A DNA stretch of 64,000 nt from Oscillospiraceae bacterium. GTDB taxonomy: Bacteria; Bacillota; Clostridia; Oscillospirales; CAG-272. Location: NCBI GenBank assembly GCA_015064735.1, contig SVRP01000006.1, positions 38,037 to 102,036 of the forward strand. Reading direction: 5' to 3'. Below are positions 49,835 to 60,300 of this stretch, piece after piece (the first letter of the stretch is position 1; every line of letters starts with the position of its first letter). A program made the translations under genes and the position numbers. Under the pieces are notes generated by a model. The model was not told where the DNA came from, ran no database searches, and saw nothing but the letters and a program-made list of their open reading frames with translations.

Positions 49835-51124
49835 ATGGAACCGAGAAAACTTGCTTACGACCTTTTACAGAGGCTCGAAAAGAACAACCAGTTTTCAAAT
49901 ATAATACTTGACCGAGCGCTTATTGACAACGGCATGAGCGACGCGGACAAGGGTCTTGCCACTGCTCTTCTCTACGGAGTTACCGAGCGCAGACTGACCC
50001 TTGACTATCAAATAAGCCGTCTTTCCGCAAGACCTGTTGAAGCTCTTGACATGTCGGTGCTTACGGCTCTGCGATTGGGGCTTTACCAGCTTATTTACAT
50101 GGATAGAATTCCGCCGCATGCGGCAATCAATGAGACAGTGTCTCTTTGCCCGAAAAAAACAGCGGGGTTTGTTAACGCGATTCTTAGAGCGTATACAAGA
50201 GACCCAAGGCTTGAATATCCGTCGGCAGACGTGGAGCCCGCCCGATTTCTTTCTGTTCGCTTTTCGGTATGCTTACCCCTTGCGGAAAAGCTCGTGTCCG
50301 ACTTGGGCTTTGACAGTACATTCTCCTTGCTTGCAGGCTTTGAATCAAGAAAGCCCGAAACAACTGTCTCGGTAAACACCCTGAAGATTTCAAGAGATGA
50401 GCTGCTTAAAAAAATTCCCGACTCAACTCCTACTCAATATTCCGAAGGAGGTATTCACGTCAGGGGCTCGGTTCGTGAGCTTTACGGATTTGATGACGGT
50501 CTGTTTTTCGTCCAGGATGAAGCATCGCAGATATGCGTCAGCGCAATCGGCGCCCGTCCGAATGAAACCTTTATTGACACCTGCTCATGCCCCGGCTCCA
50601 AAAGCTTCGGGGCGGCAATTTCCATGAAAAACGAGGGAAGGATACTCTCCTTTGACCTCCATGAAAAAAAGCTCCCTCTTATCGTATCGGGAGCCAAAAG
50701 ATTGGGTATAAATATTATAAGCACCTCTGCCTGCGACGGCAGGCACTTTCTTCCTGAATTAGAAGGTATTTCCGACAGAGTTTTATGCGACGTTCCATGC
50801 TCCGGGTTCGGTGTTCTTTCAAAAAAGCCCGAGCTTCGCTACAAGGATCCCTCCGAATCCGAAGCTCTTCCCGACATTCAGCTCGCTATTCTCGAAAATG
50901 CCTGCCGTTATCTTAAAAGCGGCGGAACGCTTATATACTCTACGTGTACGGTGCTTCCAAAAGAAAATGAAGAAAATGTAAGAAGATTTCTTGATAGAAA
51001 CAGGGATTTTTATCTTGAATCTTTCTCCGTGTGCGGACTTGATTTTAAGGACGGATATATGACTCTCCGTCCCGATATTCACGGCACCGACGGATTTTTC
51101 CTTGCAAAACTGAAAAAAAGATAG
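49835..51124 (+). CDS. rsmB: 16S rRNA m5C967 methyltransferase
   Basis: NusB-like N-domain, QDEASQ, CSCPGSKS, DVPCSG, YSTCT, DGFF. Confidence 0.93.
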   Translation: MEPRKLAYDLLQRLEKNNQFSNIILDRALIDNGMSDADKGLATALLYGVTERRLTLDYQISRLSARPVEALDMSVLTALRLGLYQLIYMDRIPPHAAINETVSLCPKKTAGFVNAILRAYTRDPRLEYPSADVEPARFLSVRFSVCLPLAEKLVSDLGFDSTFSLLAGFESRKPETTVSVNTLKISRDELLKKIPDSTPTQYSEGGIHVRGSVRELYGFDDGLFFVQDEASQICVSAIGARPNETFIDTCSCPGSKSFGAAISMKNEGRILSFDLHEKKLPLIVSGAKRLGINIISTSACDGRHFLPELEGISDRVLCDVPCSGFGVLSKKPELRYKDPSESEALPDIQLAILENACRYLKSGGTLIYSTCTVLPKENEENVRRFLDRNRDFYLESFSVCGLDFKDGYMTLRPDIHGTDGFFLAKLKKR

Positions 51125-51132
51125 GATAAAAT

Positions 51133-52203
51133 ATGAACACCACAGAAAAAACAGATCTGCTTTCCCTACTCCCATCGGAGCTTGAGGAGCTTATGATCTC
51201 TATGGATGAGCCCAAATACCGCGCCACACAGATATTTCCCGCAATGCACAAGGGAATATCTCCCTTTGACCTGACAAACATCGGCAAATCCACCAAGCAA
51301 AAGCTTGATGAGCGCGCGTTCTTCTTTCTTCCTACCGTTAAAAGAAAGCTTATATCAGCTATTGACGGAACAATCAAATATTTATTCACTCTGCATGACG
51401 GAAACTGCGTGGAAAGCGTTGTAATGAAATACAAGCACGGCAATACTATATGTATATCCTCGCAGGTTGGATGCCGTATGGGCTGCGCCTTTTGCGCATC
51501 AACGATAGGCGGTAAAATAAGAGACCTTTCCCCATCGGAAATGCTGGGGCAGATAATCGCCGCAGAGCTCGATTCGGGTGAAAAAATCTCGAACGTGGTT
51601 ATGATGGGTATAGGCGAGCCCCTTGACAATTACGCTAACGTAATAAAATTTTTGAAGCTCGTAGGACACGAAAAGGGTATAAATATCGGCTATCGACACA
51701 TTTCCCTTTCTACTTGCGGTCTCGTAAACAGAATAGACGACTTGGCAAAAGAAAGCTTCCCAATTACCCTTTCTATTTCGCTCCACGCATCGGACGATGA
51801 AACAAGAAGCGCAATAATGCCCGTAAACAAAAAATGGAATATTGAAAGTCTGCTTACCGCATGCCGAAATTATTACAAGGCTACCGGAAGAAGAATTTCC
51901 TTTGAGTACACGCTTATTTCGGGTAAAAACGATGCTCCCGAGGCTGCAGCGCGCCTTGCTTCGCTTCTTAACTCGTCGCTTCGACCAAAAAATGAAAGCG
52001 AAAGCTTCCCCATTCACGTAAATCTTATTCCGGTGAACCCCGTAACAGAAACGGGCTTTTCGGCATCGGACAAGGCGGCGGTTGATAAATTCGCGGCTAT
52101 TCTTGAGAAAAGAGGTATCAGAGCCACCGTACGCAGACGCCTCGGCGCTGATATAAACGCTTCCTGCGGTCAGCTTCGCAGAGCAGAGGAAAACATACAG
52201 TAA
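51133..52203 (+). CDS. rlmN: dual-specificity RNA methyltransferase (radical SAM)
   Basis: SSQVGCRMGCAFC, MGIGEPLDNY, INASCGQL. Confidence 0.96.
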   Translation: MNTTEKTDLLSLLPSELEELMISMDEPKYRATQIFPAMHKGISPFDLTNIGKSTKQKLDERAFFFLPTVKRKLISAIDGTIKYLFTLHDGNCVESVVMKYKHGNTICISSQVGCRMGCAFCASTIGGKIRDLSPSEMLGQIIAAELDSGEKISNVVMMGIGEPLDNYANVIKFLKLVGHEKGINIGYRHISLSTCGLVNRIDDLAKESFPITLSISLHASDDETRSAIMPVNKKWNIESLLTACRNYYKATGRRISFEYTLISGKNDAPEAAARLASLLNSSLRPKNESESFPIHVNLIPVNPVTETGFSASDKAAVDKFAAILEKRGIRATVRRRLGADINASCGQLRRAEENIQ

Positions 52204-52253
52204 TTTTTGAATTTTAACACTCCTTTTTTACATATAACAAAAGGAGTTTATCA

Positions 52254-53300
52254 ATGAAATACCGTTTTCGCCCATCGGGCAAAAAAAGAAGTTTGCTTAT
52301 ATCGGCAAATACTGTACTGCGGTTAAAAGGCTCAGACAAGCCGAAAAAGGCAAGCAACCTCCCCGAAGCCCGTGAAAAAATTGATTTTTCCGAGGTAGGT
52401 GGAAGAAGCAGATTTGCTCTTGCACTTCTATCGGTCAAAATTGCCCTTAAGCAATTTTGGAAAGGGGTCGTAAAAAAGCTCAGAGACTTTTTAAAAAAAT
52501 CCAAATCGGCTGCCTCTTGCGCTCTGAATAGGATACCGAAAAAGAAAAAAGAGAAGAAAGTCAAATCGGTCAATTCCCTGCCCTTGCTTGCGGGAGCTAT
52601 GACTGCGGCAATCCTTGTTTGTGCATTTTCGGTTATTTATATGGTTTTCGGACTTTTCTCCTTTTACGGCAGAAGCTACCGTACTGTTGCCGTTCCCGAC
52701 ACCGTAGGTTCTCATTATTCGAAGCTTACGAATCTCGGAGAGGATTTTATTATTTCGGTAAAGTCGGTAAACAATCCCGATTTTCCCGACGGCACTGTTA
52801 TATCCCAATCTCCTCCCGCAGGAGTAACACGGAGAATCTACAAGGACAAGGGTCCTTGCAGAATAACGGTTACCGTAAGCAGAAGCAAAAAATACACGGT
52901 TCCCGACGGTATCTTGGGTGCCACAGAGCGCGATGCGCTTCTTGCACTAAAAAACGCAGGGATCCCCTATAAAATAAACAGAGAATTTTCCGATTCCGTC
53001 CCCAACTCGGTAACCTCAATTGTTCCGGGGAGCGGAACGATCCTTTCCGCCGGAGAAGCCGTAACCGTTACGGTAAGTCTCGGAAAGCAAATAGACAGTG
53101 TTTTCATGCCCGACCTTACGGGGCTTTCCGAAAGCGAAGCTGTTGAGCAGATTTCTCGGCTCGGTCTTATCCTTGGACGGGTGGTTTACGTAGAGTCAAG
53201 TCAAAAGGCAGGAACGGTTACCTCACAGAGTATAATAAAAAGCACACCCGTGTCCCCCGGCACGGAGATATCCATAACCGTAAGTATTGGAAGGAATTAA
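52254..53300 (+). CDS. PASTA-domain membrane protein lacking a kinase domain
   Basis: Basic ~105 aa N-terminus, one TM, three PASTA repeats (VPDTVG, VPDGILG, MPDLTG); no Hanks kinase motifs. Confidence 0.85.
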   Translation: MKYRFRPSGKKRSLLISANTVLRLKGSDKPKKASNLPEAREKIDFSEVGGRSRFALALLSVKIALKQFWKGVVKKLRDFLKKSKSAASCALNRIPKKKKEKKVKSVNSLPLLAGAMTAAILVCAFSVIYMVFGLFSFYGRSYRTVAVPDTVGSHYSKLTNLGEDFIISVKSVNNPDFPDGTVISQSPPAGVTRRIYKDKGPCRITVTVSRSKKYTVPDGILGATERDALLALKNAGIPYKINREFSDSVPNSVTSIVPGSGTILSAGEAVTVTVSLGKQIDSVFMPDLTGLSESEAVEQISRLGLILGRVVYVESSQKAGTVTSQSIIKSTPVSPGTEISITVSIGRN

Positions 53301-53304
53301 GTAT

Positions 53305-54267
53305 ATGTCTTGCACTGTTAAAGGAAAAATAATAAACGGAGTTGGCGGTCTTTACACCGTAAGGCTTCTTGATAACACTCTGATGCCCGTAGGCAGTAAA
53401 ATAAAGTGTCGGGCAAGGGGTTCCTTTCGTCATGAAAAGCTTTCTCCGCTTCCGGGAGACACCGTAAATCTTCTGTACTCCGAGGGAATGTCCAAGGACG
53501 GAGCAGATAAAAAAGCCTCGGATCTCGTTATAGACGAAATATATCCGAGAAAAAATTCTCTCATACGCCCCCCCATGGCAAACCTTGATTTCCTGTTTAT
53601 CACCATGGCATCGGCATCCCCCTCTCCAAGCCTCGCAACCGTTGACAAGCTCATCGCTATTGCCGAATTTAACGGCATTGAGCCTATTGTGGTAATTACG
53701 AAAAACGAGCTTGATCCCGCGTATGCCGAGGAGCTTTTCAAAAGCTACTCCCTTTGCGGATTTACCTGCTTTTCTCTCAGCGCGGCGGAAAACACGGGTA
53801 TAGAGCCCATAGATGAATTTATAAAGTCAAGCATGAACGGCAAAACCGCCGCCTTTGCAGGTGCGTCGGGAATAGGAAAATCCACCCTTATGAATCGGCT
53901 GTTCCCCCATCTTTCACTTTCTACATCTGAAATAAGCAAAAAAATTGAGCGAGGCAGACACACAACACGAGAGGTGGAGCTGTTCTGTCTTTCAGAGGAC
54001 GCCGATTGCGGATATATTGCGGATACCCCCGGATTTTCAATGCTTGATTTTGAAAGATTCGATTTCTTTGAAAAGGACGACCTTCCAAGCACCTTCCGCG
54101 AGTTTGAGCCCTACATAGGCGAATGCAAATATACAAAATGCTCTCACACCAAGGAAGAGGGCTGCGCCATTCTCGAAGCTGTAAAGAGCGGCAAAATCCC
54201 CGTATCAAGACACGTTAGCTACGTGGAGATATTCGACACTCTCAAAACAAAGAAAAAGTGGAACTGA
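53305..54267 (+). CDS. rsgA: ribosome small subunit-dependent GTPase A
   Basis: RPPMAN, ITKNEL, GASGIGKSTLMN, RGRHTT, DTPGF, CKYTKCSH..C. Confidence 0.96.
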   Translation: MSCTVKGKIINGVGGLYTVRLLDNTLMPVGSKIKCRARGSFRHEKLSPLPGDTVNLLYSEGMSKDGADKKASDLVIDEIYPRKNSLIRPPMANLDFLFITMASASPSPSLATVDKLIAIAEFNGIEPIVVITKNELDPAYAEELFKSYSLCGFTCFSLSAAENTGIEPIDEFIKSSMNGKTAAFAGASGIGKSTLMNRLFPHLSLSTSEISKKIERGRHTTREVELFCLSEDADCGYIADTPGFSMLDFERFDFFEKDDLPSTFREFEPYIGECKYTKCSHTKEEGCAILEAVKSGKIPVSRHVSYVEIFDTLKTKKKWN

Positions 54268-54291
54268 CAAAACAGACAGGAGTTTATATAT

Positions 54292-54924
54292 ATGAAAGCA
54301 TTTATTTATACGGGTGGTATTATTAACACTCAGAATATAACCGAGCATCCCAAGGGAGACGATCTCGTTATCGCCGCCGATTCCGGCTACGACAACGCAA
54401 AGGCTCTCGGTGAGAAGCCAAATATTCTTCTGGGAGACATGGATTCAATAAAGAGCAAGTCCTTACCCGAGGACATAGAAACACTTAAGGTTCCCGCCGA
54501 AAAGGATTTTACCGACACTCAGCTTGCCGTTGATACGGCAATCAAAAGAGGTGCCCGCGAAATAGTAATAATCGGCGGTCTTGACGGCAGACTTGACCAT
54601 ACCCTGTCAAATCTCGCTATCCTTGAGGATCTATACAAAAGGGGCATATTTGCTCATATCACCAACGGATATAACCGCGTAAGATTCCTTAATTCCACCA
54701 GCACTCTTCTTCCCAAAAGCGGCTTCGGATATTTCGGTCTCCTTTGCTTTTCCGAGAAGGCAAAGGGTGTATCGATCGAGGGAGCAAAATATCCTCTTAA
54801 AAACGCAAAAATCGAAAGGACCTTTCAGTTTGCAGTCTCAAATGAAATAGTCGGGAACTGCGCTCTCATCTCGGTTCGAAAGGGAGCTTTTTATATTGTT
54901 GAAAGCAGCGAACAGATCAAATAA
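54292..54924 (+). CDS. thiN: thiamine diphosphokinase
   Basis: AADSG, GDMDS, EKDFTDT, GRLDHTLSN, VSNE. Confidence 0.94.
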   Translation: MKAFIYTGGIINTQNITEHPKGDDLVIAADSGYDNAKALGEKPNILLGDMDSIKSKSLPEDIETLKVPAEKDFTDTQLAVDTAIKRGAREIVIIGGLDGRLDHTLSNLAILEDLYKRGIFAHITNGYNRVRFLNSTSTLLPKSGFGYFGLLCFSEKAKGVSIEGAKYPLKNAKIERTFQFAVSNEIVGNCALISVRKGAFYIVESSEQIK

Positions 54925-56086
54925 AGATCAGACTGTAATGCTTATTCCAGAGATATGCTTGATAAAGCATACCCTCCATGCGTATCCTTCGGGGTACGCT
55001 TTTTTCTTTTGCGATCAGCTCATGTACGTCCTTTCCGAAAAGCCGATAGCATAGACTCATATCTATTCCCGATAGAAGCTGAAGCAGAGCTTTTTCCAAT
55101 TGTTTTAATTCCCGTTCTCTGATCTCATATTCGGACGGAACACATTCCGCGTACACACCGTAATAAGAACAAAGGCGGTCTCGCCTCTCTGTGGAATAGG
55201 CTAAATCCATATAAAGACTTCCGTCGGATATAGCAACTCCGCAAGGGTCTATTTTCCCCTTTGCCAAGGAAAGTCCCCGTATAAACGACGGCATCAGATA
55301 ATCAAACTGCGGATAATCAAAGGCAAAAAGAATATCTGTTAGCATTCTTTCAAGCTCAAATGCGGTTGGGCAAGCAGTATCCCCTTCGAGGACCTCAAAA
55401 GGGCTTGACGGGACAGCACTGCTTACAGACGGCACATAATTAAATCTGTTAACTCCAAGAGCCGAGCAAATACAGCCTCCCGATGGCGGCACCTCGAAAA
55501 TATCCCGATATATCTGTATTCCACTACGGGGTGCAGCAGAAAAGAAATGCTCATTAAGATGCTTTACGTTCACCGCAAGAGGACAGCCTACAAAACGCGC
55601 AATTCCCTTAATCTCGGATGCAAAGGCTATTTTATTTTTATCTTTGGCATAGAATAGCGGGCGGCTCCCTCTCCTGTCGCGGATAAGCAAAAGCTCGCTT
55701 CTTCCTCCATCGTAAAGAGCTGCCGAAAAATCCCCCTCCATGCTCTCCCCAAGTCTTGCCCCGAAGGACATATACCTTTCAATTATCCTTTCGCTCACGG
55801 TTGCATTTTTTTCACTGTAGCTGTCCCAAAGTCCAAGTTCCTTGCTCCCTGCCTCTCCGTCGGACACCGCAACGATATTCTCTCCACCTCTTTCTGCCGA
55901 AGCAAAAAAGAGTCGGTCCCTTTCCCTGTCTGCAATTCCCCAGCCCGAAAACAGACCGATTCCTCTGTTTATATAACCGCCTCTGCCATATCCTCCTCTT
56001 ACGAGCATAGCGTTGCTCATTTGGGTCATAACCGACGAGCTTGGAAGCTCTCCGTCCATATCAAATATTCCGCCTATTACCGCCAT
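54917..56086 (-). CDS. degenerate asparagine synthetase-like protein (Ntn-fold N-domain, eroded synthetase domain)
   Basis: GDFSAALYD, LIRDRRGSRPLFY, FASEIKG resemble AsnB; the N-terminal Cys and SGGLDS are absent. Confidence 0.7.
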   Translation of the reverse strand: MAVIGGIFDMDGELPSSSVMTQMSNAMLVRGGYGRGGYINRGIGLFSGWGIADRERDRLFFASAERGGENIVAVSDGEAGSKELGLWDSYSEKNATVSERIIERYMSFGARLGESMEGDFSAALYDGGRSELLLIRDRRGSRPLFYAKDKNKIAFASEIKGIARFVGCPLAVNVKHLNEHFFSAAPRSGIQIYRDIFEVPPSGGCICSALGVNRFNYVPSVSSAVPSSPFEVLEGDTACPTAFELERMLTDILFAFDYPQFDYLMPSFIRGLSLAKGKIDPCGVAISDGSLYMDLAYSTERRDRLCSYYGVYAECVPSEYEIRERELKQLEKALLQLLSGIDMSLCYRLFGKDVHELIAKEKSVPRRIRMEGMLYQAYLWNKHYSLIFI

Positions 56087-56118
56087 GTATCTTTTCCTTC
56101 CTTCGATAATAATGGTAC

Positions 56119-56147
56119 ATTATATGAAGAAAACTTATTTTTTATTT
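56119..56147 (-). promoter_or_regulatory. putative sigma-E promoter of the AsnB-like gene
   Basis: Minus strand ATA-N16-CATATAAT matches the known sigma-E ATA/CATAnAnT spacing. Confidence 0.45.
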
Positions 56148-56221
56148 CTTGTGTAACCGCCGTAAATTTACCGCATATACTAATGGCAGAAAGAAAGTTT
56201 TTTTGAAAGGATGATACCGCT

Positions 56222-56302
56222 ATGAAAATTATTCTCCTTCACTCCCCCAATTTTCTTAAAGGCATCTTGCGTAAGGTTTTCGGAATATCAAAAAACAGAT
56301 AA
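56222..56302 (+). CDS. spoVM: stage V sporulation protein M-like 26-aa peptide (not in the ORF track)
   Basis: Hand translation MKIILLHSPNFLKGILRKVFGISKNR; Pro9/Phe11, amphipathic; GAAAGGA RBS; near thiN as in Bacillus. Confidence 0.8.
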   Translation: MKIILLHSPNFLKGILRKVFGISKNR

Positions 56303-56341
56303 TAAAAGTGCGCCGAGTATAATATAAATATACTCGGCGCC

Positions 56342-56370
56342 TTGACATTAACGTCAGTGTGTGATATAAT
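56342..56370 (+). promoter_or_regulatory. sigma-A promoter of dat
   Basis: TTGACA-N17-TATAAT with extended TG. Confidence 0.8.
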
Positions 56371-56411
56371 TAATTTATTAGTAAGAAGGAAAGGAAGTCC
56401 TCTCTCCCGCT

Positions 56412-57257
56412 ATGAAAAATCTCGGTTATTATAACGGAAAATACGACCTCATTGAGAATATGACCGTTCCAATGAACGACCGTGCGTGCTATTTCGGCGA
56501 CGGTATTTTCGAGGTCATTTATACGAGAAATCATAAGCCTTATGCACTTTCGGAGCATATGGACAGACTTTACGCAAGCGCAAATGAGCTTGGTATAAAT
56601 ATAGCTATCACCAAGGAAGAATTTTCAAGTCTTATTGAGGAGCTTATACATAAGGTGGATTCTTCCGAGCAGCTTGTTTACTGGCAGGTATCCCGCGGTA
56701 CCGAGATGAGAAGCCATGCGCCCATGAGCGAGCTTACGGCAAATATATGGGTAACCATTCGCCCTATGAAGCTCAGGGATTCCTACACTCCCATGACCGC
56801 CATTACCCTTGAGGATACGAGATTTTTGCATTGTAATATGAAAACTCTCAATCTTATACCCACCGTCCTCGCATCAAGGGAGGCAGTAGCTCGCGGCTGT
56901 GATGAGGCAATTTTTCACCGCGGCAGCATAGTTACCGAGTGCGCCCATTCCAATATATCAATAATTACTCAAAATGGTGAAATCAAGACCGCACCCGCAG
57001 ATAATATGATTCTTGCCGGCGTTGCAAGAGCTCACCTTATTGAATTTGCAAGGAAATTTGGAATTCCCGTTATTGAGGAGCATTTCACAGTCGAGGAAAT
57101 GATGAACGCAGATGAAATTATCGTTACCTCGTCGGGCACACTTTGCAGACCTGTGTGTGAAATAGACGGAAAGGCAGTCGGTGGAAAAGCGCCGAAGCTT
57201 CTTTGCAAGCTCCGTGATGCCCTTGTTGCCGATTTTATGGAAAAGACCGAACGGTAA
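56412..57257 (+). CDS. dat: class IV aminotransferase, D-amino-acid aminotransferase-like
   Basis: DRACYFGDGIFE, HMDRL, QVSRG, NMKTLNL, TECAHSN, ILAGVAR. Confidence 0.8.
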   Translation: MKNLGYYNGKYDLIENMTVPMNDRACYFGDGIFEVIYTRNHKPYALSEHMDRLYASANELGINIAITKEEFSSLIEELIHKVDSSEQLVYWQVSRGTEMRSHAPMSELTANIWVTIRPMKLRDSYTPMTAITLEDTRFLHCNMKTLNLIPTVLASREAVARGCDEAIFHRGSIVTECAHSNISIITQNGEIKTAPADNMILAGVARAHLIEFARKFGIPVIEEHFTVEEMMNADEIIVTSSGTLCRPVCEIDGKAVGGKAPKLLCKLRDALVADFMEKTER

Positions 57258-57282
57258 AACAGAAAATCAACAAAACATAAAG

Positions 57283-57330
57283 AAGCTATCCCCTCGGAAA
57301 ACGGGTTCTCCGAGGGGATAGCGTTTTTAT
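57283..57330. terminator. bidirectional terminator
   Basis: GCTATCCCCTCGGA/TCCGAGGGGATAGC stem between convergent genes. Confidence 0.8.
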
Positions 57331-57337
57331 TTTTATA

Positions 57338-60300
57338 TCAGCTGTCATATTTGCTGAGTGTTCCGTCGGTGCATCTTACTGTGTAATTACCGGAATTTGC
57401 CTTCCAATACTTATCCTTCTGTACTCCCGACCATTGCCCCACGGTTCCACCGTAGGAAATATCGGAAAGTCTGTTGCACCCGGAAAACGCATACCCGCCT
57501 ATATTTTCAAGCTGGCTACTCGCTCCAAGCGACACTCTCTTAAGATATTCGCAACCCTCAAATGCGCCCGCACCTATTGATTTAAGCGAGCCCGGAAGCT
57601 CTATACTCTCAATATCGCAGTTCCTAAAGGCATCGTTGGGAATGACATCAGCATCTGTTATCACGACGCTCCTAAGAGATGCCGGAACAGCAGGGGGCAT
57701 ATAAGAATTTGGAGCGTCATTAAATATATACCCAAAATGACTGTATTTCTCGGAATCCTTTGACACTCCCACAAAGGGAAGCGTAATGCTTTGGAGCCTA
57801 TCGCATTTGTAGAAAGCGCAATTACCTATACTTACAACGGTACTCGGTATTTTCACCTCCGTAAGACCGTTACACCTTGAAAAAGCATAGTTGCCGATCG
57901 TTTCAATGCCGTCCGAAATTTCTATTTCGGCAAGATTCAAGCATTCAGAAAATGCATAGCTGCCTATATTGCCTGACAGGGTTACTCTTTTAAGAGCGGT
58001 ACAGCCGGCAAACGCATAATTGCATATATATTCAACCCCATCGGACATATCAACACTCACAAGCTCGACACAACCGGAAAACGCATTTTGGGCTATCAGC
58101 CTTGCATCCTCATGAACCGTACATGACGTTATATAGTTATCCACGGGACATACAAGGACCGCGTACATATTCGTACCGGTTCCAAGATAATACGCGTTGT
58201 CGTATTTGTTAAATATACGGGTCGGACAATAAGCGAAAGCTTTCTTTCCTACGTCCACAAGCTTTATATTCTCGCCAAGTGTTACGGTTACAAGACAGTA
58301 ACAGCCTGAAAACGCTTCTTCTTCTATGCTTGTAAGGCTGCTCGGCAAATTTATATTCAAAAGAGCTGAACAGTCGGAAAAGGCAAACTTTCCTATACTC
58401 TCAAGTGCTGAACCGTCAGCTATATCTATCTGAACAAGTCCGCTGCAATTATTAAAGGTGTTTTTTTCGATGATTTTCACCCCACAGGGGATTTTAATGC
58501 TCTTGAGATTTTTGCAATTTGCAAAAGCAGTGTCTCCTATGCTCTCAAGATTGCTGCTGTCTGCTATATCTACCTGACTGAGTCCGCTACATCCGTAAAA
58601 GGCAAGAGCGCCGATAGATTTTACACTGCTCGGTATCTCTATGCTCTCAAGCAACTTACAACAATAAAAGGCGTTTTTCCCGATTTCCGAAAGCATGCTG
58701 CCTTCCTCAAAGCTAACACTCTTAAGCTTTTCCATCTCAAAAAATGTTCCTTCGCCGATATTCTTAAGGCTTGCGGGAAGCTTTATTTCCGAGAATTCAA
58801 TACAGTTTTCAAATACTCTACTACCAAGAATTTCAAGCTCCGAATTTTCGGCAAAGCTCAGTGTTTCAAGAGTTGAGCACCCGTTAAAAGCGTATGCTTT
58901 GATTTCCTTGACCTTTGCGGGAATTTCTATACTTTCAAGATTGGTACAACCGGCAAATACGCTCTCATTTATAACCGTAACACTGTTCGGTATTTCTATA
59001 CTCTCAAGGAAACCGCAATCACGGAACAGTCCGTTGCTCAGCTGTGTGAGCTTGCTGTTTTCGGCAAAGATTACAGTCTTAAGAAGCATACATCCCGAAA
59101 ATGCCGATTCGCCAATTGCTTCAACACTACCCGGTATCTCTATGCTCTCAAGCAATAGACATCCCGAAAATGCCGACTTGCCTATTGTTTTAAGTCCTGT
59201 CGGTAATATTATCCTTTCAAGCATCGAGCACTCCAAAAATGCCGATTCGCCAATATTCGTAAGGCTTGCGGGCAATACTATTTCCTCAAGACTCTTGCAT
59301 TTTGAAAATGCAAAGCCTCCAATACTGTCAAGCCTTCCGCTTTGAGGAAGATTTACCCACTTCAGATTATTACAGTTTGCAAATGCATTTAAACCGATGG
59401 ATTCAAGAGCTCCGTTATTATCAAAGGTTACAGTATGAAGCTTATTGCAATCCGCAAAGGCATTGGAGCCTATATTTATAATACTTTTGGGAAACATTAT
59501 ATCCAAAAGCCCATCACAGCCCCCAAACGCACCGTTACCTATATTCTCAAGCAAGCTATCCTCTGCAAAAACTACCGCCTTAAGATTATCGCAGTTGTTA
59601 AAGGCAAAATAATCAATATTCTTAACCGATGCGGAAATTTCTATTTTTTCAAGGCCGTCACACCCCTTGAATGCCATCTGACCGATATTCGTAAGTCCGC
59701 TTGGAAATTCTATATTTCTAAGAGACGTACACCCCGAAAAAGCTTCGCCGCCTATAGTTTCAAGTGCGCTGTTCTCGGCAAAGGTTACTGTTTCAAGGCT
59801 TGTGCAATCGGCAAAGGTGAGAACCCCGATCTCTTTGATGCTACCGGGCACCTCTATAGAAGTAAGACTCCCGCAGTTCTTAAATGCCTGATATCCTATC
59901 TCTGTTACACTGTCAGGAATATCTATCTCTGTAAGTCCCTTACATCCCAGAAAAGCTAACGTTCCTATTTTAGCAATACTGTCGGGAATAGATATACTTT
60001 TTACTGTTTCCAGATTTTTGAAGGCGTTGTTACCGATAGCCGCAACAGGAAGACCGTTATATTCGGACGGAATGACAATATCCGTATCATCACAGTCTCC
60101 GATACCTGTGAGAGTGTAGCTTTCATTGTCCGGATTCAATTCAAATAGGAGTCCTTTGGAATCGGGCAATACTTGACCCGGTCCCTCGCTACCCTTTTGA
60201 TCCGTATCTGAGATATCTGTGCTTTCATCTTGTAAAATATATTCTGTTATCGTTACATTCGGTTTTCTGAACGCAACAACAGCTACCGCAGCAATTACGG

